This document shows positions 1 through 15,930 of a DNA stretch of 64,000 nt, piece after piece. The stretch is from the NCBI RefSeq assembly GCF_009914755.1, contig NC_060929.1; one strand, written 5' to 3'. The DNA comes from the human T2T-CHM13v2.0 reference genome, Homo sapiens. The notes under the pieces were generated by a model. It was not told the DNA's origin. It saw only the letters and a list, made by a program, of their open reading frames with translations, and did no database searches. Within the stretch, counting starts at the first letter, position 1, and each line of letters opens with the position of its first letter. A program made the translations under genes and the position numbers.

Positions 1-78
1 ACTCCTGACCTCAGGTGATCCACCCGCCTCAGCCTCCCAAAGTGCTGGGATTACAGGTGTTAGCCGTGGCACCCAGCC
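1..78 (-). mobile_element. Alu left-arm end, cut by window edge
   Basis: ctcctgacctcaggtgatccacccgcctcagcctcccaaagtgctgggattacagg is antisense Alu. Confidence 0.95.
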
Positions 79-81
79 CTG

Positions 82-252
82 TCTGACCTACTTTTCAAAA
101 CCAAAAAGATGAGCAATAAGAGGGCAGTTAATTAGCAAGACCTCCTTCCCTAAGATCTTATTCTAAGGTTGGGAGATAGGACAACAGACAGGAAGAAAGA
201 CGTCAGAAATATACATTTAAGAGAAAAATGTTCTTTTGGCAGGCCTAAGACA
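82..252 (+). repeat. ~170-bp local duplication, copy 1 (copy 2 at ~1295-1447 plus 1735-1760, split by an Alu)
   Basis: Shared gcagttaattag.aagacctcctt.cctaagatct.attctaaggt, gagataggacaacagacaggaaga and tacatttaaga. Confidence 0.85.
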
Positions 253-1448
253 TTTTCTATTAGAGTGTGTTAAGGGTCTCTACTAGCATCTTCAGATTGT
301 TCTGTCATCACCACCAGTGTTTTCTGAAACCCTCCTCCTTTTCCCACCCCCTCCCTCCCACTCCAGAAAAACCACACACAAGGTTAAGCCTCCTATCCAG
401 TGTCTCCTGGAAGTCTAAGGAAGTCACAGGTGCCTCTGTGGTCTGGGGATCCCAGTCTTGGAATGGGAGTGAGTTCTGGGACAAAGGTGAAATCAGACAT
501 GGTAAATCAGATACCTAGCCTGTTGTAGGCTGGTGGTTTAAATGTTAGGATTCTGGCGTGATCCTGCTGTGGTTCAAATTTCTCACCTCTTTGACTTTCA
601 GAAGTTAGTTTAATCCTTGTGTTTCATTCCCATTGTTAGTAAAACCAGATATAATTGCGGTACTCATTATATCAGTGAGGTTAATGGGTATCCTTCCTTA
701 AGCATAGTCTAGCACCATTTAAAATAATAAATATTAACTAGGATTTTATTCTAATTACTCCTTTCCAGCAATTCTGGGGGCTAAGTTTTCCCCAGTGTTA
801 GTTCTGTAGTGCGTGAAAGCTCAGACTTTCTTCTCTGGAAGCTACTTTCTAAACTCCTTTCACCCCACCTCTTTATTAACTAAGATATCCACCTCACCCT
901 TTCCATCTTTTCCTGTCACCAACATTCTCTGTGCCTCCCTCACTGTTCTGAGGCTGTATCATATCCAGAAAATAATCATCAGTCATTTCATAGTAAATTG
1001 TAAGAGCATTGCTAGTGTTCACATGTTTAATCACGGGATGATACTTCTGCCATTTCATCCTCAATTCTGATACCTCCAGTTCGTGTTTGCTTATGAAACA
1101 GGGACCACTTGAGGGACTGATGAGTTTGTTGCATGTTGTAGGCACTGATGTGCTTTTATTTAACTACACTGATTTTCTGGTTTTATCATTTTTCTCATAG
1201 TTGTCACCAACTTGTGGTCTCATAATTGTTACCAACTTGTGAAGTAGGGGTGAGAGAAACTGTGGTACTTCTCTCTAAATAGCTTGAATTTCGTCTGACC
1301 TAGTTTTCAAAAGCAAAAAAAAATGAACAGTAACAGTGCAGTTAATTAGTAAGACCTCCTTACCTAAGATCTCATTCTAAGGTCTGAGAGATAGGACAAC
1401 AGACAGGAAGAGGGTTGTCAGAAAAATACATTTAAGACAGAAATGTTC

Positions 1449-1864
<416 letters not shown>

Positions 1865-1999
1865 TTACTTTCTGGTTTCTGAAACAATAACTGATCAATG
1901 GGGTGTGGTGAGGGAGTAGAGAAAGAATGAATAGCCCTGAATGCACTGATAATAGACTGCTTGCCAATAACCACTGATAGAGTTTGAATACAATTCTAC

Positions 2000-2920
2000 A
2001 ATGGGAAAAAATGTTTTTAAACATATGTCTGATGAAGGATTGCTATCCAGAATAAATTAACACTTTCTAAAACTCATCATTAAAAAACAAACAACCCATT
2101 TCAAAAATGGGCAGAGGACTTAAATAGACATTTCTCCAAAGAAGACATACAAATGGCCAATAAGCACATGAAAAAAATATGTCCAGCATCACTAATTCTT
2201 AGGGAAATGCAAATCAAAACTACAGTGAGATACAGGTACCACTGCACATCCACTAGGATGGCTACTATCAAAAAAAAAAAAGATAATAAGAGTTGGCAAG
2301 GATATAAGGAGTTTGGAACCCCTATGTATGCACTGTTGTAAGCATGTAAATTGGTACAGCCAATGTAGAAAACAGAAAGTTCCTCAACAAATTAAAAATA
2401 GAATTACCATATGACCCAGCAATTTCACTTCTGGACATATACTCAAAATAATTAAAAGCAGAGTCTCAGGAAGATATTTGTACACCCAAGTTCATAGCAG
2501 CATTACGCATAATAGCAAAGATGAGGAAGCAACTCAAGTGTCCATTCACACATGAAAGGATAAGCAAGACATGGTACATATAGACAGTCAGCCTTTAAAA
2601 AGAAGGAAATGCTAATATGCTACATCACAGATGAACCTAAGGGACATTATACTAAATGAAATAAGCCAGGCACAAGAAGACAAATACTGTATGATTCCAG
2701 TTACATGGGGTACTAGGGTAGTCAACATCATAGACACAATGCAGAAAGGTGGTTGCCTGGCATGGGGGAGAGGAAAGTAGGGAGTTATTCTTTAAAGGAT
2801 ACAGAGTTTCACTTTTAGAAGACACAAAGAGTTGTGGAGATGGATGATGACAATGGTTGCAAAGCATTATGAACTGTACACTTAATGGTTAAGATGGTAA
2901 ATTTTGTGTGTATTTTACAG
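2000..2920 (+). mobile_element. Old L1 (L1MB-like) 3' fragment
   Basis: ORF track MANKHMKK...[11 protein letters not shown] resembles the L1 ORF2 C-terminus; gaattaccatatgacccagcaatt; L1M-type 3' UTR end. Confidence 0.85.
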
Positions 2921-3954
2921 AGAGAGAGAGAGAGAACTGGGCACCCGCTCTTGCATTCTCTTCACTAAAATCCCAAATGTTCATTTACAGATAGTCACCC
3001 ATAAGCGTTTTTCTCCCAGCAGAACAGAATTCCAGTCTCTGCTCAGGAGTAGCAATCTGACTTGGGGAAATGATAAACTTTCTATAAACCAGGGTCCCCC
3101 AGAACAGCTTTCTCTTCATAGGCCCAGTACTAATTTTTCTTTTCATCCCCTGAGACAAACTATTTGTCTCTGGATAGCTTTCACATGAGATGATAGAACT
3201 TGATGTTAATGTCATTAATTCTGTTTTCATATGCAATCTGCTTCTAGGATTAATGTCACCAGCCAGGTTCCTAACCTATGTGGAACACCCAGGGCCAGAA
3301 GAGTCTAAAATTGCAAAAGCTCGTGGCTCCTGAGTCCAAGAGTTCCTGGTTTTCCTGGACACAAGCGATAGCGCAGCACTTTCTTCCCCATGTGCCAGAG
3401 GCCTAGGGTTCTGCAGAAGAGGCCCCAAGGCCCCAGACGCTGCAAGCCCTAAGCTCAGTATATTCTAGGCCCTGTCCTCTCACTTTCTATTTCTTGTGTG
3501 GCCCCCAAACTTGTGCCAGCTATCCTGGAACAGCCAAGAATTCAACTGTGACCTGCTTCCTCCCTCAACCTCTTCTCCCCAACCTCCCCACCACACTTCT
3601 TCTTTGGGAAGATTTGTAAAAATTAAGGTTATTATATCCATGTAACTTTCTGTATTTCTTTTAAACTCCTTGTGCTACTAAGTCACACAGGTTTGACTCC
3701 TGGATCTAAAAAAGTCACCAACTCTGGCTAAATCTTAAACATTGACAGCAATTGAAGCCTCATCTTCAGACCTAGGAGAAGATGAAAATCAGAATAAGCT
3801 GCAGTCATAAGACATGGGTCCAGAAATTAAAACTATTCAACCCCTCTAGTCCCAGGGACTATTGCAGAAGAAGTGGGTGTGTGAGCTTGTAAGGATCCAT
3901 TTTAAGAGATAAAATTAATTCAGAGTTTCTCTATAAATTAAACAGTTGCATTTG

Positions 3955-4235
3955 TTGTTGTTTTGAGACAGTCCAGCTATGTCATCTGGGCTGGAGTGCA
4001 GTGGCATTATCCTGGCTCACTGCAACCTCTGCCTGGCAAGATTCCTGGCACCTCAGCCTCCCAAGTAGCAGGGACTACAGGGGTGCACCACCATGCCTGG
4101 CTAATTTTTGTATTTTTATAGAGACAAGGTTTCACCATGTTGCCCAAGCTGGTCTCAAACTCCTGAACTCAAGATATCCGCCTGCCTAGGCCTTCCAAAG
4201 TGCTGATTTTACAGCTATGAGCCACCGTGGCCAGC
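3955..4235 (-). mobile_element. AluJ-like
   Basis: Diverged antisense Alu; same insertion site as 34860-35160 and 62580-62876. Confidence 0.85.
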
Positions 4236-5054
4236 CTATAAATTAAACATTAATGTCAAAGGAACACTGATGCAAGACAAGCATGTGGGTCCCTGTGTCA
4301 GATTAACAATGTTTTCTTGGAGCATTAACACATTCCTTACTTAAAAATTATGAAAGGTTATGAGAAGGTTTACAAAAATTATATCTTACACTCAAGATTA
4401 TTAAAATTTAATAGATTTGTCTGTAAATTTAATTGACTTCATCCTGTCTTTATTAGGTTTTATTGTTTGGGAAAGTAAGTCTCAAAGAGTAAAAGTTTTT
4501 GCCTTTTTGTTTTTAAAATATTTGAGTTACCACTTTGACTAAATGAATGACTTATTTTACAATGACCTGTGATGCTATTTTGTGATATTGTGTTTTCAAC
4601 CTTTGATGTTTGACAAACTTTCCAAAATCTAAATCTAAATTCAGGGCTTTGGTCTCACTAATTTTTTTGACATTACATCCCCTGAAATCCAAAGAGACAT
4701 ATTTGGCTTACTTGGTATAATAAAATCTTCGTTATCAAATATGAAATGATGTGTAAACTTTTTTGGCTTGTATTTATATAAATGTGTTATTAGTATGTGT
4801 TCCAAAATTGTATGAGATTCTTGTGATTCTGATATGTCTTAGAATATGTTATCAGAACTAATTATGATTATTATATTAAATTGTTATGTGCCGTAGATAC
4901 AACCAAATTTCCTTGTCAATTGTGTCTTTAACCATGGCTGTTCTAATTCTTTTGTCATCCACAATCATTGTTTTACTTTGATCCTTTCTTAAGGTGGTTT
5001 ATAATCAGTTATAGAGCTCTGAGGACTACTCTTTCTTTTTCTTTCACTTTTATT

Positions 5055-5338
5055 TTTAATGAGATGGGTTCTCGGTCTGTCACCCGGTCTGCAGTGGGGT
5101 GGCATCACTGTTCACTTCAGCCTCAGTCTCCTAGGCTCAAACAATCCTCCCACCTCAGCCTCCCAAGTAGCTGAGACTACAGGTGCACACCACACACCCA
5201 GCTAATTTTTAAAATTTTTGCAGAGATGGAATCTCCCTATGTTACCCAGGCTGGTTTCAAACTCCTGAGTTCAAGCAATCCTGCCACCTCAGCCTCTCAA
5301 AGTGCTGGGATTACAGGCATGAGCCACCACACCCGGCC
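5055..5338 (-). mobile_element. AluJ-like
   Basis: Antisense Alu; paralog at 35980-36290. Confidence 0.85.
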
Positions 5339-5678
5339 TTTTAATACATTGTCTCTTCATTAACAGATAGTAAGTGTCTATATTGTGCTACAAAGTGATC
5401 AAAGTTCCAGACATAAGTGATCAACAAGCAGAAATGGACTTGGCCATAAAGTGTTTGACACAATCAGGGGCTGAAAAAAAATAAAGCAGGAAGCATGACA
5501 ACAAATAAATAAGACAGTGTTTATGTGATAAATGCTATCAAGAAACCTAACGCAAGTTAGATGGAAAGGTAACTAGGAGGATGCTATATTAGCTAGTGTA
5601 GTAAAAACAGAATTATCAGAGATACTTCCACTTTGATAGGAATAATGCAACGAACAAAGCAAAGAAAAAAAAAATCCG

Positions 5679-5982
5679 GGCCAGGTGCAGTGCTCACCTA
5701 TAATCCTAGCACTTTGGGAGGCCAAGGTGGGCAGATCATTGAGGCCAGGAGTTTGACACCAGCCTGGCAAACATGATGAAAATTCATCTCTACTAAAAAT
5801 ACAAATAAATCAGCTGGGCATGGTGGCCCGCACCTATAATCCCAGCTACTCAATGGCTGAGGTGGGAGAATCATTTGAATATGGGAAGTGGAGGTTGCAG
5901 AGAGTCAAGATCACACCACTGCACTCCAGCCTGGGCAAGAGAGCAAGACCCTGTCTCAAAAAAAAAAAAAAAAAAAAAAAAA
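5679..5982 (+). mobile_element. Alu (J/S)
   Basis: ggccaggtgcagtg... with polyA; paralog at 36944-37255. Confidence 0.9.
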
Positions 5983-6054
5983 TCTGAAGGTGGAGTTACC
6001 ATCATGAGAGAATATAAATTACAAAGATTCTAAGACTAGAACAACTTTATTATG

Positions 6055-6679
<625 letters not shown>

Positions 6680-6685
6680 GTTTAT

Positions 6686-7665
6686 TACCATCAGAGTGAA
6701 CAGGCAACCTACAGAATGGGAGAAAATTTTTGCAATCTACTCATCTGACAAAGGGCTAATATCCAGAATCTACAATGAACTCCAACGAATTTACAAGAAA
6801 AAAAAACCCCATCAAAAAGTGGGCAAAGGATATGAACAGACACTTCTCAAAAGAAGACGTTTATGCAGACAAAAGACACATGAAAAAATGCTCATCATCA
6901 CTGGCCACCAGACAAATGCAAATCAAAACCACAATGAGATACCATCTCACACCAGTTAGAATGGCGATCATTAAAAAGTCAGGAAACAACAGGTGCTGGA
7001 GAGGATGTGGAGAAATAGGAACACTTTTACACTGTTGGTGGGACTGTAAACTGGTTCAACCATTGTGGAAGATGGTGTGGCAATTCCTCAAGGATCTAGA
7101 ACTAGAAATACCATTTGACCCAGCAATCCCATTACTGGGTATATACCCAAAGGATGATAAATTATGCTGCTATAAAGACACATGCACACGTATGTTCATT
7201 GCAGCACTATTCACAATAGCAAAGACTTGGAACCAACCCAAATGTCCAACAATGATAGACTGGATTAAGAAAATGTGGCACATATACACCATGGAATATT
7301 ATGCAGCCATAAAAAATGATGAGTTCATGTCCTTTGTAGGGACATGGATGAAGCTGGAAACCATCATTCTCAGCAAACTATCACAAGGACAAAAAACCAA
7401 ACACCGCATGTTCTCACTCATAGGTGGGAAATGGACAATGAGAACACATGGACACAGGAAGGGGAACATCACACACGGGGGCCTGTTGTGGGGTGGGAGG
7501 AAGGGGGAGGGATAGCATTAGGAAATACACCTAATGTTAAATGACGAGTTAATGGGTACAGCACACCAACATGGCATATGTATACATATGTAACTAACTG
7601 CACATTGTGCACATGTACCCTAAAACTTAAAGCGTAATAAAAAATAATAATAATGATAATTTTTT
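6686..7665 (+). mobile_element. 5'-truncated L1PA (about L1PA4): ORF2 C-terminal region, 3' UTR and tail
   Basis: ORF 6775-7515 translates to L1 ORF2p ([28 protein letters not shown]); G-rich 3' UTR; TSD aaaaagtttattac at 6675-6688 and 7666-7679. Confidence 0.97.
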
Positions 7666-9269
7666 AAAAAGTTTATTACAGCCATGGACAGAGAGAAAGC
7701 AAATAACGGCTATCAGTGACCTCAGTGGGAGGTATCTAGACTAAAAGAATCTTGTAGTCTTCTGACAAGATGGCCTACTGGCTTCTAGGCAAACATGATA
7801 CGTAATTAGATAAAGATGGAAGTTTTGATTTAGTTTTCATTGAATTGTTTAATTACAGTGTTTACTAATTTCTGACAGCAACTTCTTTTAGGGAACCAGT
7901 TTGTAATGTGGCTCAGAAAATCATTCCCTGACATTCAGCCTAAAATCTGTGTCTACACCATTCTATCAGATTTTAAGTGACTTTTATCCCATAATAAATC
8001 TTTTTATGCTTATACTATTTGAGAGTGTTTTGTTTCTTTTCCTACACACCATATAAAAATGCAACAGTAACATCACATTTAATATGGTGAGTCTTAATCC
8101 GTAGTTGAGCCATTGGAATTTAGATTAGTCCTTCTAAAGGTAAAGCTGAATCTCAAGTTTTTACAATGTAGCAATTTATCCAAGGTTATGCGACAAATAA
8201 TATGTAGACATTTCTTGAAAGTACCCCTACAATGAGCTGAGGGTCTCTCAGCAGATAGCAAGATGCTATTGTAAGGTGTTCTCTATTTGAAGAAAGAAAG
8301 GAATTCATCCTGCTTCCCCCTGCTCTGCTGAAAATGTATGAGATGACTTTGTAGTTCTCAGGCTACCTTACATGCATGTTAAATGCAAACTCAATACTAG
8401 TATTCCCTCTCTCTTCTATTTGGTACACTGGGGTCTTTTGTTGGGAGAATTGTGTTATCTCTCCAACAGTGGATATATTCCATCCTTTTATTCCTCCTAA
8501 GTGGACCGTACTGAGAAGCAGTTATTCATACGGCCTCTCAGAAGATGGTTCATAAGATCGAAAAATCAGTGGTGTTCAGAGTGGATTCAAATTTGTGGAA
8601 TCAGTATTCATACAGGTAGTAGAGGATTTTCTTTGAGAGAATTACAAAAATGCTTTAGGACAAATGTTTTACAAACTCTTTGGAAGTTTGCCTTAAAGTT
8701 AAACTTTATAAGTTTGATAATAAAGTCACCTCTGGTCATGCTTGATACAAGATTGAGCAACTAGGAAGCATAGCATTGAATATGCTCATCCCTGCCCCTC
8801 TCCTCTTTCTTCTCACTCCCACTTTCTAAGGACAGCACTCTTTAATAAAGCAATCTCACACAAGTGTTTATTTCAGTAATATTTTGAGGGGAAAGCCAGG
8901 CAAATAAAATATGTCTCTCTGCTCACCTCATATACCTCAGTGCTTTTCCCCTGCTGTTGGAATACTCAAAAATTCACTCTGTATTAAAATTTGTTTCAGA
9001 GTCTCTTCAAAAATAGAATTGACTGAGGCCAATCTTGACTGTTGACACGCTGCAAATGAAACATGGCCCCTGTATTTGAAAAGTCTTTGGCTGAGTGGGA
9101 CAACCACATACATAGAAAGGCCTTTTTAAATATCAACAAGTTTAAGTATTTATATGCACATTTCATTCATCACTCTAGTGCCCCCTCCTCAGTTTTTTCA
9201 TCAGGGAATATTTCTCAAAATTACAGGGCAAAATCATAATATGTTAGCATTCTGAATCCAGTAATATAC

Positions 9270-9565
9270 TTTTTAAAAATGCATCATAATCTAATGGAGT
9301 TTATCAGGAAGTCAACTTGGGTCTGTCATTTGAAAATCAATTTGTTATTGTCCACATTAGCAGTAGAAAAAATATATGATAATCTCAGAAGATACAAAAA
9401 AAAGCTATTTGAAAATTCAACCCTGTTTTATTATTAATATAAAAATCATCATAGCAAATTGAAAAAGAGAATTCCCTTAATCTGATAAAACATATCTGTA
9501 AGAGGTGTACACCTAACATCTCATCTAATCGTGAAATATTGAAAACTGCCAATTTCTTATTGAAA
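9270..9565 (+). mobile_element. Degraded L1 ORF2 fragment
   Basis: atgataatctcagaagatacaaaaaaagctatttgaaaattcaac resembles L1 reverse-transcriptase region. Confidence 0.6.
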
Positions 9566-9690
9566 TGAAAAAAAACTGCCAATAACTGGACCCATTTTCT
9601 CACCCCCGCCCCCCCACCCTGTTACCACCTGATCCAATAAAAACCCAAGGACTTTCAATAGGACCTTCCGGAATGATAACATTTTCACCA

Positions 9691-9825
9691 TAATCCTTTC
9701 ACGGTCTGAAGCAATGAGCAAGGCAAATAAGTGTTAATCCCCACATGATTGGATTATGTCCGACTTCCTGTACAAGACAGAATGCTATAAAAACCCACAG
9801 TCAGTGATGGATTGAGCCATTTGCT
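9691..9825 (+). promoter_or_regulatory. Putative Pol II promoter with DUX4-type site/inverted CCAAT, TAATCC sites and TATA box
   Basis: TAATCC at 9691 and 9735; TGATTGGATTA at 9746-9756; TATAAAAA at 9786-9793; Inr-like CCATTT near 9817. Confidence 0.5.
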
Positions 9826-9873
9826 CTATTCCTAGACTAGCTAGGCCTGGTCAAGTCTTGGAAGGCTGAAGCT

Positions 9874-10590
9874 ATGGAGTTCCATCCATCAACCTTGGAA
9901 GAGCTGTCTTGGAGGCAAGCAGGTCCAGAGCCCCATATACCACGGGACCTGAACCGAGAGCAAGCCTGGGCCTGGGCACTGGATAACTTCCCTGTGCTGA
10001 GCCGCCACTCCTGCCAATGCCATCAGCTCTACGGGAGCTCTGCTGGGAGCTGGCGGCTGCACCGCGCCTCCACCGGGCACGGAGCCCTTCCCGGAGATGA
10101 GAGGGGCCAAAAACGGCCTCGAGACTCCCATGTCGAGGAATCAAAGGCTGAAACCACAGACGGGCTCCAGTCACCTCAAGAAGATGCAAATGCTACCGAC
10201 GGCGAAGTCCAAAGCTGCCTGATGCAGCCTGGAGATGCCAGCGCCTGCGGAGGTGGAAGGACACAAGCCCATGGCGCCCTCTGCAGTTCAGGCCGCCCCC
10301 GGAAGCTGCTGAAAACCCAGGGTTCCATCAGGAAGGAACCCGGAAACGAGAGGAACCCCAGCCTTTCTGCAAGCCTGCGACACTACCCGCTTCAAGGAAC
10401 ACTGTGCTGGAAGGAGCCTGAGGCACACCAGTGGGGACCCTCATTCTGTCCCTGCGGACTTTTACACTGGAACTGTGCCCTGCACCCACAAGAGCCTGGA
10501 GGTCTCTGCTGTGGAGATCATTCCTTAATTTGTTCTTCCTCTCCTGAATGTCCTAAACATTTTTCATTTAGAGAAACTCTCTTCATGTAA
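9874..10590 (+). CDS. Unassigned intronless 238-aa ORF (candidate gene or decayed gene)
   Basis: Not recognisable as repeat; GC-rich in AT-rich surroundings; Kozak gctATGG; TATA upstream; AATAAA at 10678; no family recognised. Confidence 0.35.
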   Translation: MEFHPSTLEELSWRQAGPEPHIPRDLNREQAWAWALDNFPVLSRHSCQCHQLYGSSAGSWRLHRASTGHGALPGDERGQKRPRDSHVEESKAETTDGLQSPQEDANATDGEVQSCLMQPGDASACGGGRTQAHGALCSSGRPRKLLKTQGSIRKEPGNERNPSLSASLRHYPLQGTLCWKEPEAHQWGPSFCPCGLLHWNCALHPQEPGGLCCGDHSLICSSSPECPKHFSFRETLFM

Positions 10591-10623
10591 TGAATATTAT
10601 GCAATGAGCTAAAGAACTGTTCT

Positions 10624-10683
10624 TGTAGATGTACTCAAAATTGCTATGGCTCTTCCATTGAAACTGTACATGTATTGAATAAA
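10624..10683 (+). terminator. Polyadenylation signal with upstream TGTA elements
   Basis: AATAAA at 10678-10683 preceded by four TGTA (10624, 10630, 10666, 10671). Confidence 0.45.
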
Positions 10684-11019
10684 GCCTTTCCCTATTCTCC
10701 ACCTGTGGAATTGATTTCAAGCTGGTAAATCAAGATTGGTATAGATGGGCCTGAAGCAGACAGAAAAGGGGCAGGGACCCAGCTCAGAGGCCTTTTTTTT
10801 TTTTTTTTTTTGATGGTGTCTTGCTGGCTGGGTCGCCCAGGCTTCCGTGTAGTGGCGCAATCTTGCTTTAGTCTAAATTCCAGGGGGCCTTTAAGGAGCT
10901 GTGGATACTAACACAGTGGGAGGGGACAGCTGGTTGGATCACTTGCTGGAGTTGCTTCAAAACTGACTGTGGCCCTCCAGATGAAGCCAGGAAATAGACA
11001 TTAACAGTGTTCTTTACAT

Positions 11020-11355
11020 CAGGGGCCCCTAACCTTTGTGACACCAGAGACTGGTTTTGGGGAAGGCAATTTTTCCATGGGTGGGGGGTTGGGGAGACAG
11101 GGATGATTTGGCGATGAAGCTGTCCTACCTCAGATCATCAGGCGTCAGATTCTCAGGAGAAGTGCGCAAGGTAGATCCCTCGCATGCGCAGTTCACGATA
11201 GGTTTGGCGCTCTTATGAGAATCTAAGTCACGTCAGATAAGCGGAGCTCAGGCGGTAGTACTCGCTTGCCTGCCAGTCACCTCCTGCTGTGTCGCAGGTT
11301 TCCTAACAGGCCACCGACCGCTAAGGTTCGCTGCCTGGGGAGTTGGGGATCCCCG
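11020..11355 (+). mobile_element. MER1B (hAT-Charlie non-autonomous DNA transposon)
   Basis: TIRs caggggcccctaac / gttggggatccccg; internal agatccctcgcatgcgcagttcac; 8-bp TSD ctttacat / ctttaaat. Confidence 0.9.
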
Positions 11356-11469
11356 CTTTAAATGGTTTAAAGGTTACGTTGTCATAAGGGGTGAAAGAGG
11401 GGTTTGGGAAGTCCCTCGGGTGAGGCCGATGGTGCCCGCATACTGCGAGGCTGGCTGCAGTGCTCTTTA

Positions 11470-12379
<910 letters not shown>

Positions 12380-12380
<1 letters not shown>

Positions 12381-12995
12381 ACGTTCATTTTAACTTCAGG
12401 GTGCATGTACAGCTTTGTTAAATAGATAAACTTTTGTCATAGGGGTTTGTGTACACATTATTTTATCACCCAATTATGACGTCTCCTGCCCATTAGTTAT
12501 TTTTCCCAATCCTCTCCCTCCTTTCACCATCCACCTTCAATGGCTCCAGTGTCTGGTATTCCCCTCTTTGTGTCCATGTGTTCTCATTATTCAGCTCCAG
12601 CTTATAAGTGAGGACATACGGTATTTGCTTTTCTGTTCCTGCATTAGTTTGGTAAGGATAATGGCCTCCAGTTCTGTCTATGTTCCTGAAAAAGACATGA
12701 TCTTGTTCTTTTTAATGGCTGCATTGTATTCCATAGTGTATATGTACTATATTTTGTTCATCCAGTCTACCTTTGATGAGCATTTTGGATGATTCCATGT
12801 CTTTGCTATTGTGAATAGTGCTGCAATGAACATACACATGCATGTGTCTTTATGATATGACAATTTATATTCCTTTGGGTAATACCCAGTAATGGGATTT
12901 CTGGGTCAAATGATATTTCTGTTTTTTGGTCTTTGAGGAATTACCACACTGTTTTTCACTAAGTTTGAAATAATTTACACTCACCAATGGTGTAT
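12380..12995 (-). mobile_element. L1PA (older) 3' end, antisense
   Basis: tttaatggctgcattgtattccatagtgtatatgtac...gattccatgtctttgctattgtgaatagtgctgcaatgaacatac. Confidence 0.9.
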
Positions 12996-13671
12996 AAACA
13001 ACATTTTAACATTTTTTTAAAGTGCTTGGAAGGTGGCATTGATGTTGAATCAAGATAGAATTTTAAAACTTTTCACACATTGCACCCCTACCTGGCTTTG
13101 GTCCCATGCCAGAACAAAGCAGAGCCATCTCTTATATACACTCAATTGTCCTGTTGCTGTAAACTTCAACAGCTTGCATGAGGGAATTCAATTTAAAAGG
13201 AGAAACTGTGTAGTTTTCAAAGACCTTAATTCGTATAAAATAACTTGCTCTGCTATAAACCATTATTAAAAACCAGTGTTTTGGTTTAGTACTTAAATAT
13301 ATTTGGAGCGAAAATTATCACTAGAATAATATATGTCTCTAATAAAAATATGCTTTTATTGTAATAAAAAGTACTACATTGATTTCCCAAAGTTTTGCAA
13401 CCCAATAAAGACTTTACCTTTCTTGGATTTGTACTTCTTGGTTTAATATACTGTGGCATGGGCTGGTTGGTTATGTTAACTGGGAAAATAAATTCCTTAC
13501 TTGAAAATCAAAATAAGACAAATAACAAGGAGTGGGGGCAGATTAAAGAGGACCAGAGGAAGATTCTTAGCTTTGTGCCTTCTGAGTTAACAACCACAGC
13601 ATTCCAGGGCATTAATTCCAGATCAGACAATTCCAGGCAGCTACAGAAGTCTGCCCTGGTGAGTCTTGCCC

Positions 13672-14020
13672 AGGATCTGGAAGTGCAAGATCAAAGCGCC
13701 AGTGATTCAGCTCCTGGTGAGGGCTGTCTTCCTGTCTTGCTGATCGCCATGTTGTAGCTGTGTTCTCACATGGCACAGAGAAAGAGGGAGAGACAGAAAG
13801 GGGGAGAAAGTGAGAGATGGAGAAGGGTAGAGAATGAGAGAGACATAATATCTCTTCCCCTTCTCATAAGGGCACTAATCCCATTATGAAAGCCCAACCC
13901 TCATAACCTCATCTAAACACAATTGTCTCCCAAAGGCCCCATCTCTAAATACCATCACCTTGTGGATTAGCTAAACGAAATTATCATGAATTTTGGGGAA
14001 CACAATTCTGTCCATAGCAC
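13672..14020 (-). mobile_element. MLT1A-like MaLR LTR
   Basis: ctggtgagggctgtcttcctg...ataagggcactaatcccatt...ccaaaggccccatctctaaataccatcac. Confidence 0.85.
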
Positions 14021-14205
14021 CAAGTCTATGTGATGCTCGCTCTCATAATCTCTGCCCATCTCAGGACCTACAGCAACTAAGACTCATTTCTTTCTGCAGG
14101 CATTTCAGAAGACTGTGATATAAAAATGTGCCATAGAGAATACATTCATTTGGGACTTTTAAACTCTCCTCTTCCCTCAAATACCTTAATTAATAAATTA
14201 ATTAA

Positions 14206-14260
14206 TGTTAACATCTAGTTTATGGGTTCCAATTTAACACCCATAAACTAGATGTTGACA
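14206..14260. repeat. 21-bp inverted repeat (hairpin)
   Basis: tgttaacatctagtttatggg, 13-nt spacer, cccataaactagatgttgaca. Confidence 0.9.
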
Positions 14261-14559
14261 CTAAATTATTTATTTATAAATTTATTTTAATTTATGGTAA
14301 TAAAATAATTGATTAATTAATTTTGAGATAGTGTCTCACTCTAACACCCTGGATTATTTGGGTTATTTCAGAGTGTCCCTCTGGCAGGTGGTATTGTTTC
14401 ACATTCATTGCTCGCCTATATGGGGGCAAGTATACAGGCATCCATTGGGTCCATCCCTGTTTATTCCTTGATTACCTTCCAGACTGGACCTTATTCAGCT
14501 CACTGAGATTCACTAATGCTTAACTCGTAGCATAGACTTTATTTCACATTAATTGGTTT

Positions 14560-15930
<1,371 letters not shown>

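Noticed and set aside
6775-7515. 246-aa ORF, the longest in the window
   Set aside because: It is the C-terminal part of L1 ORF2p in a 5'-truncated L1.
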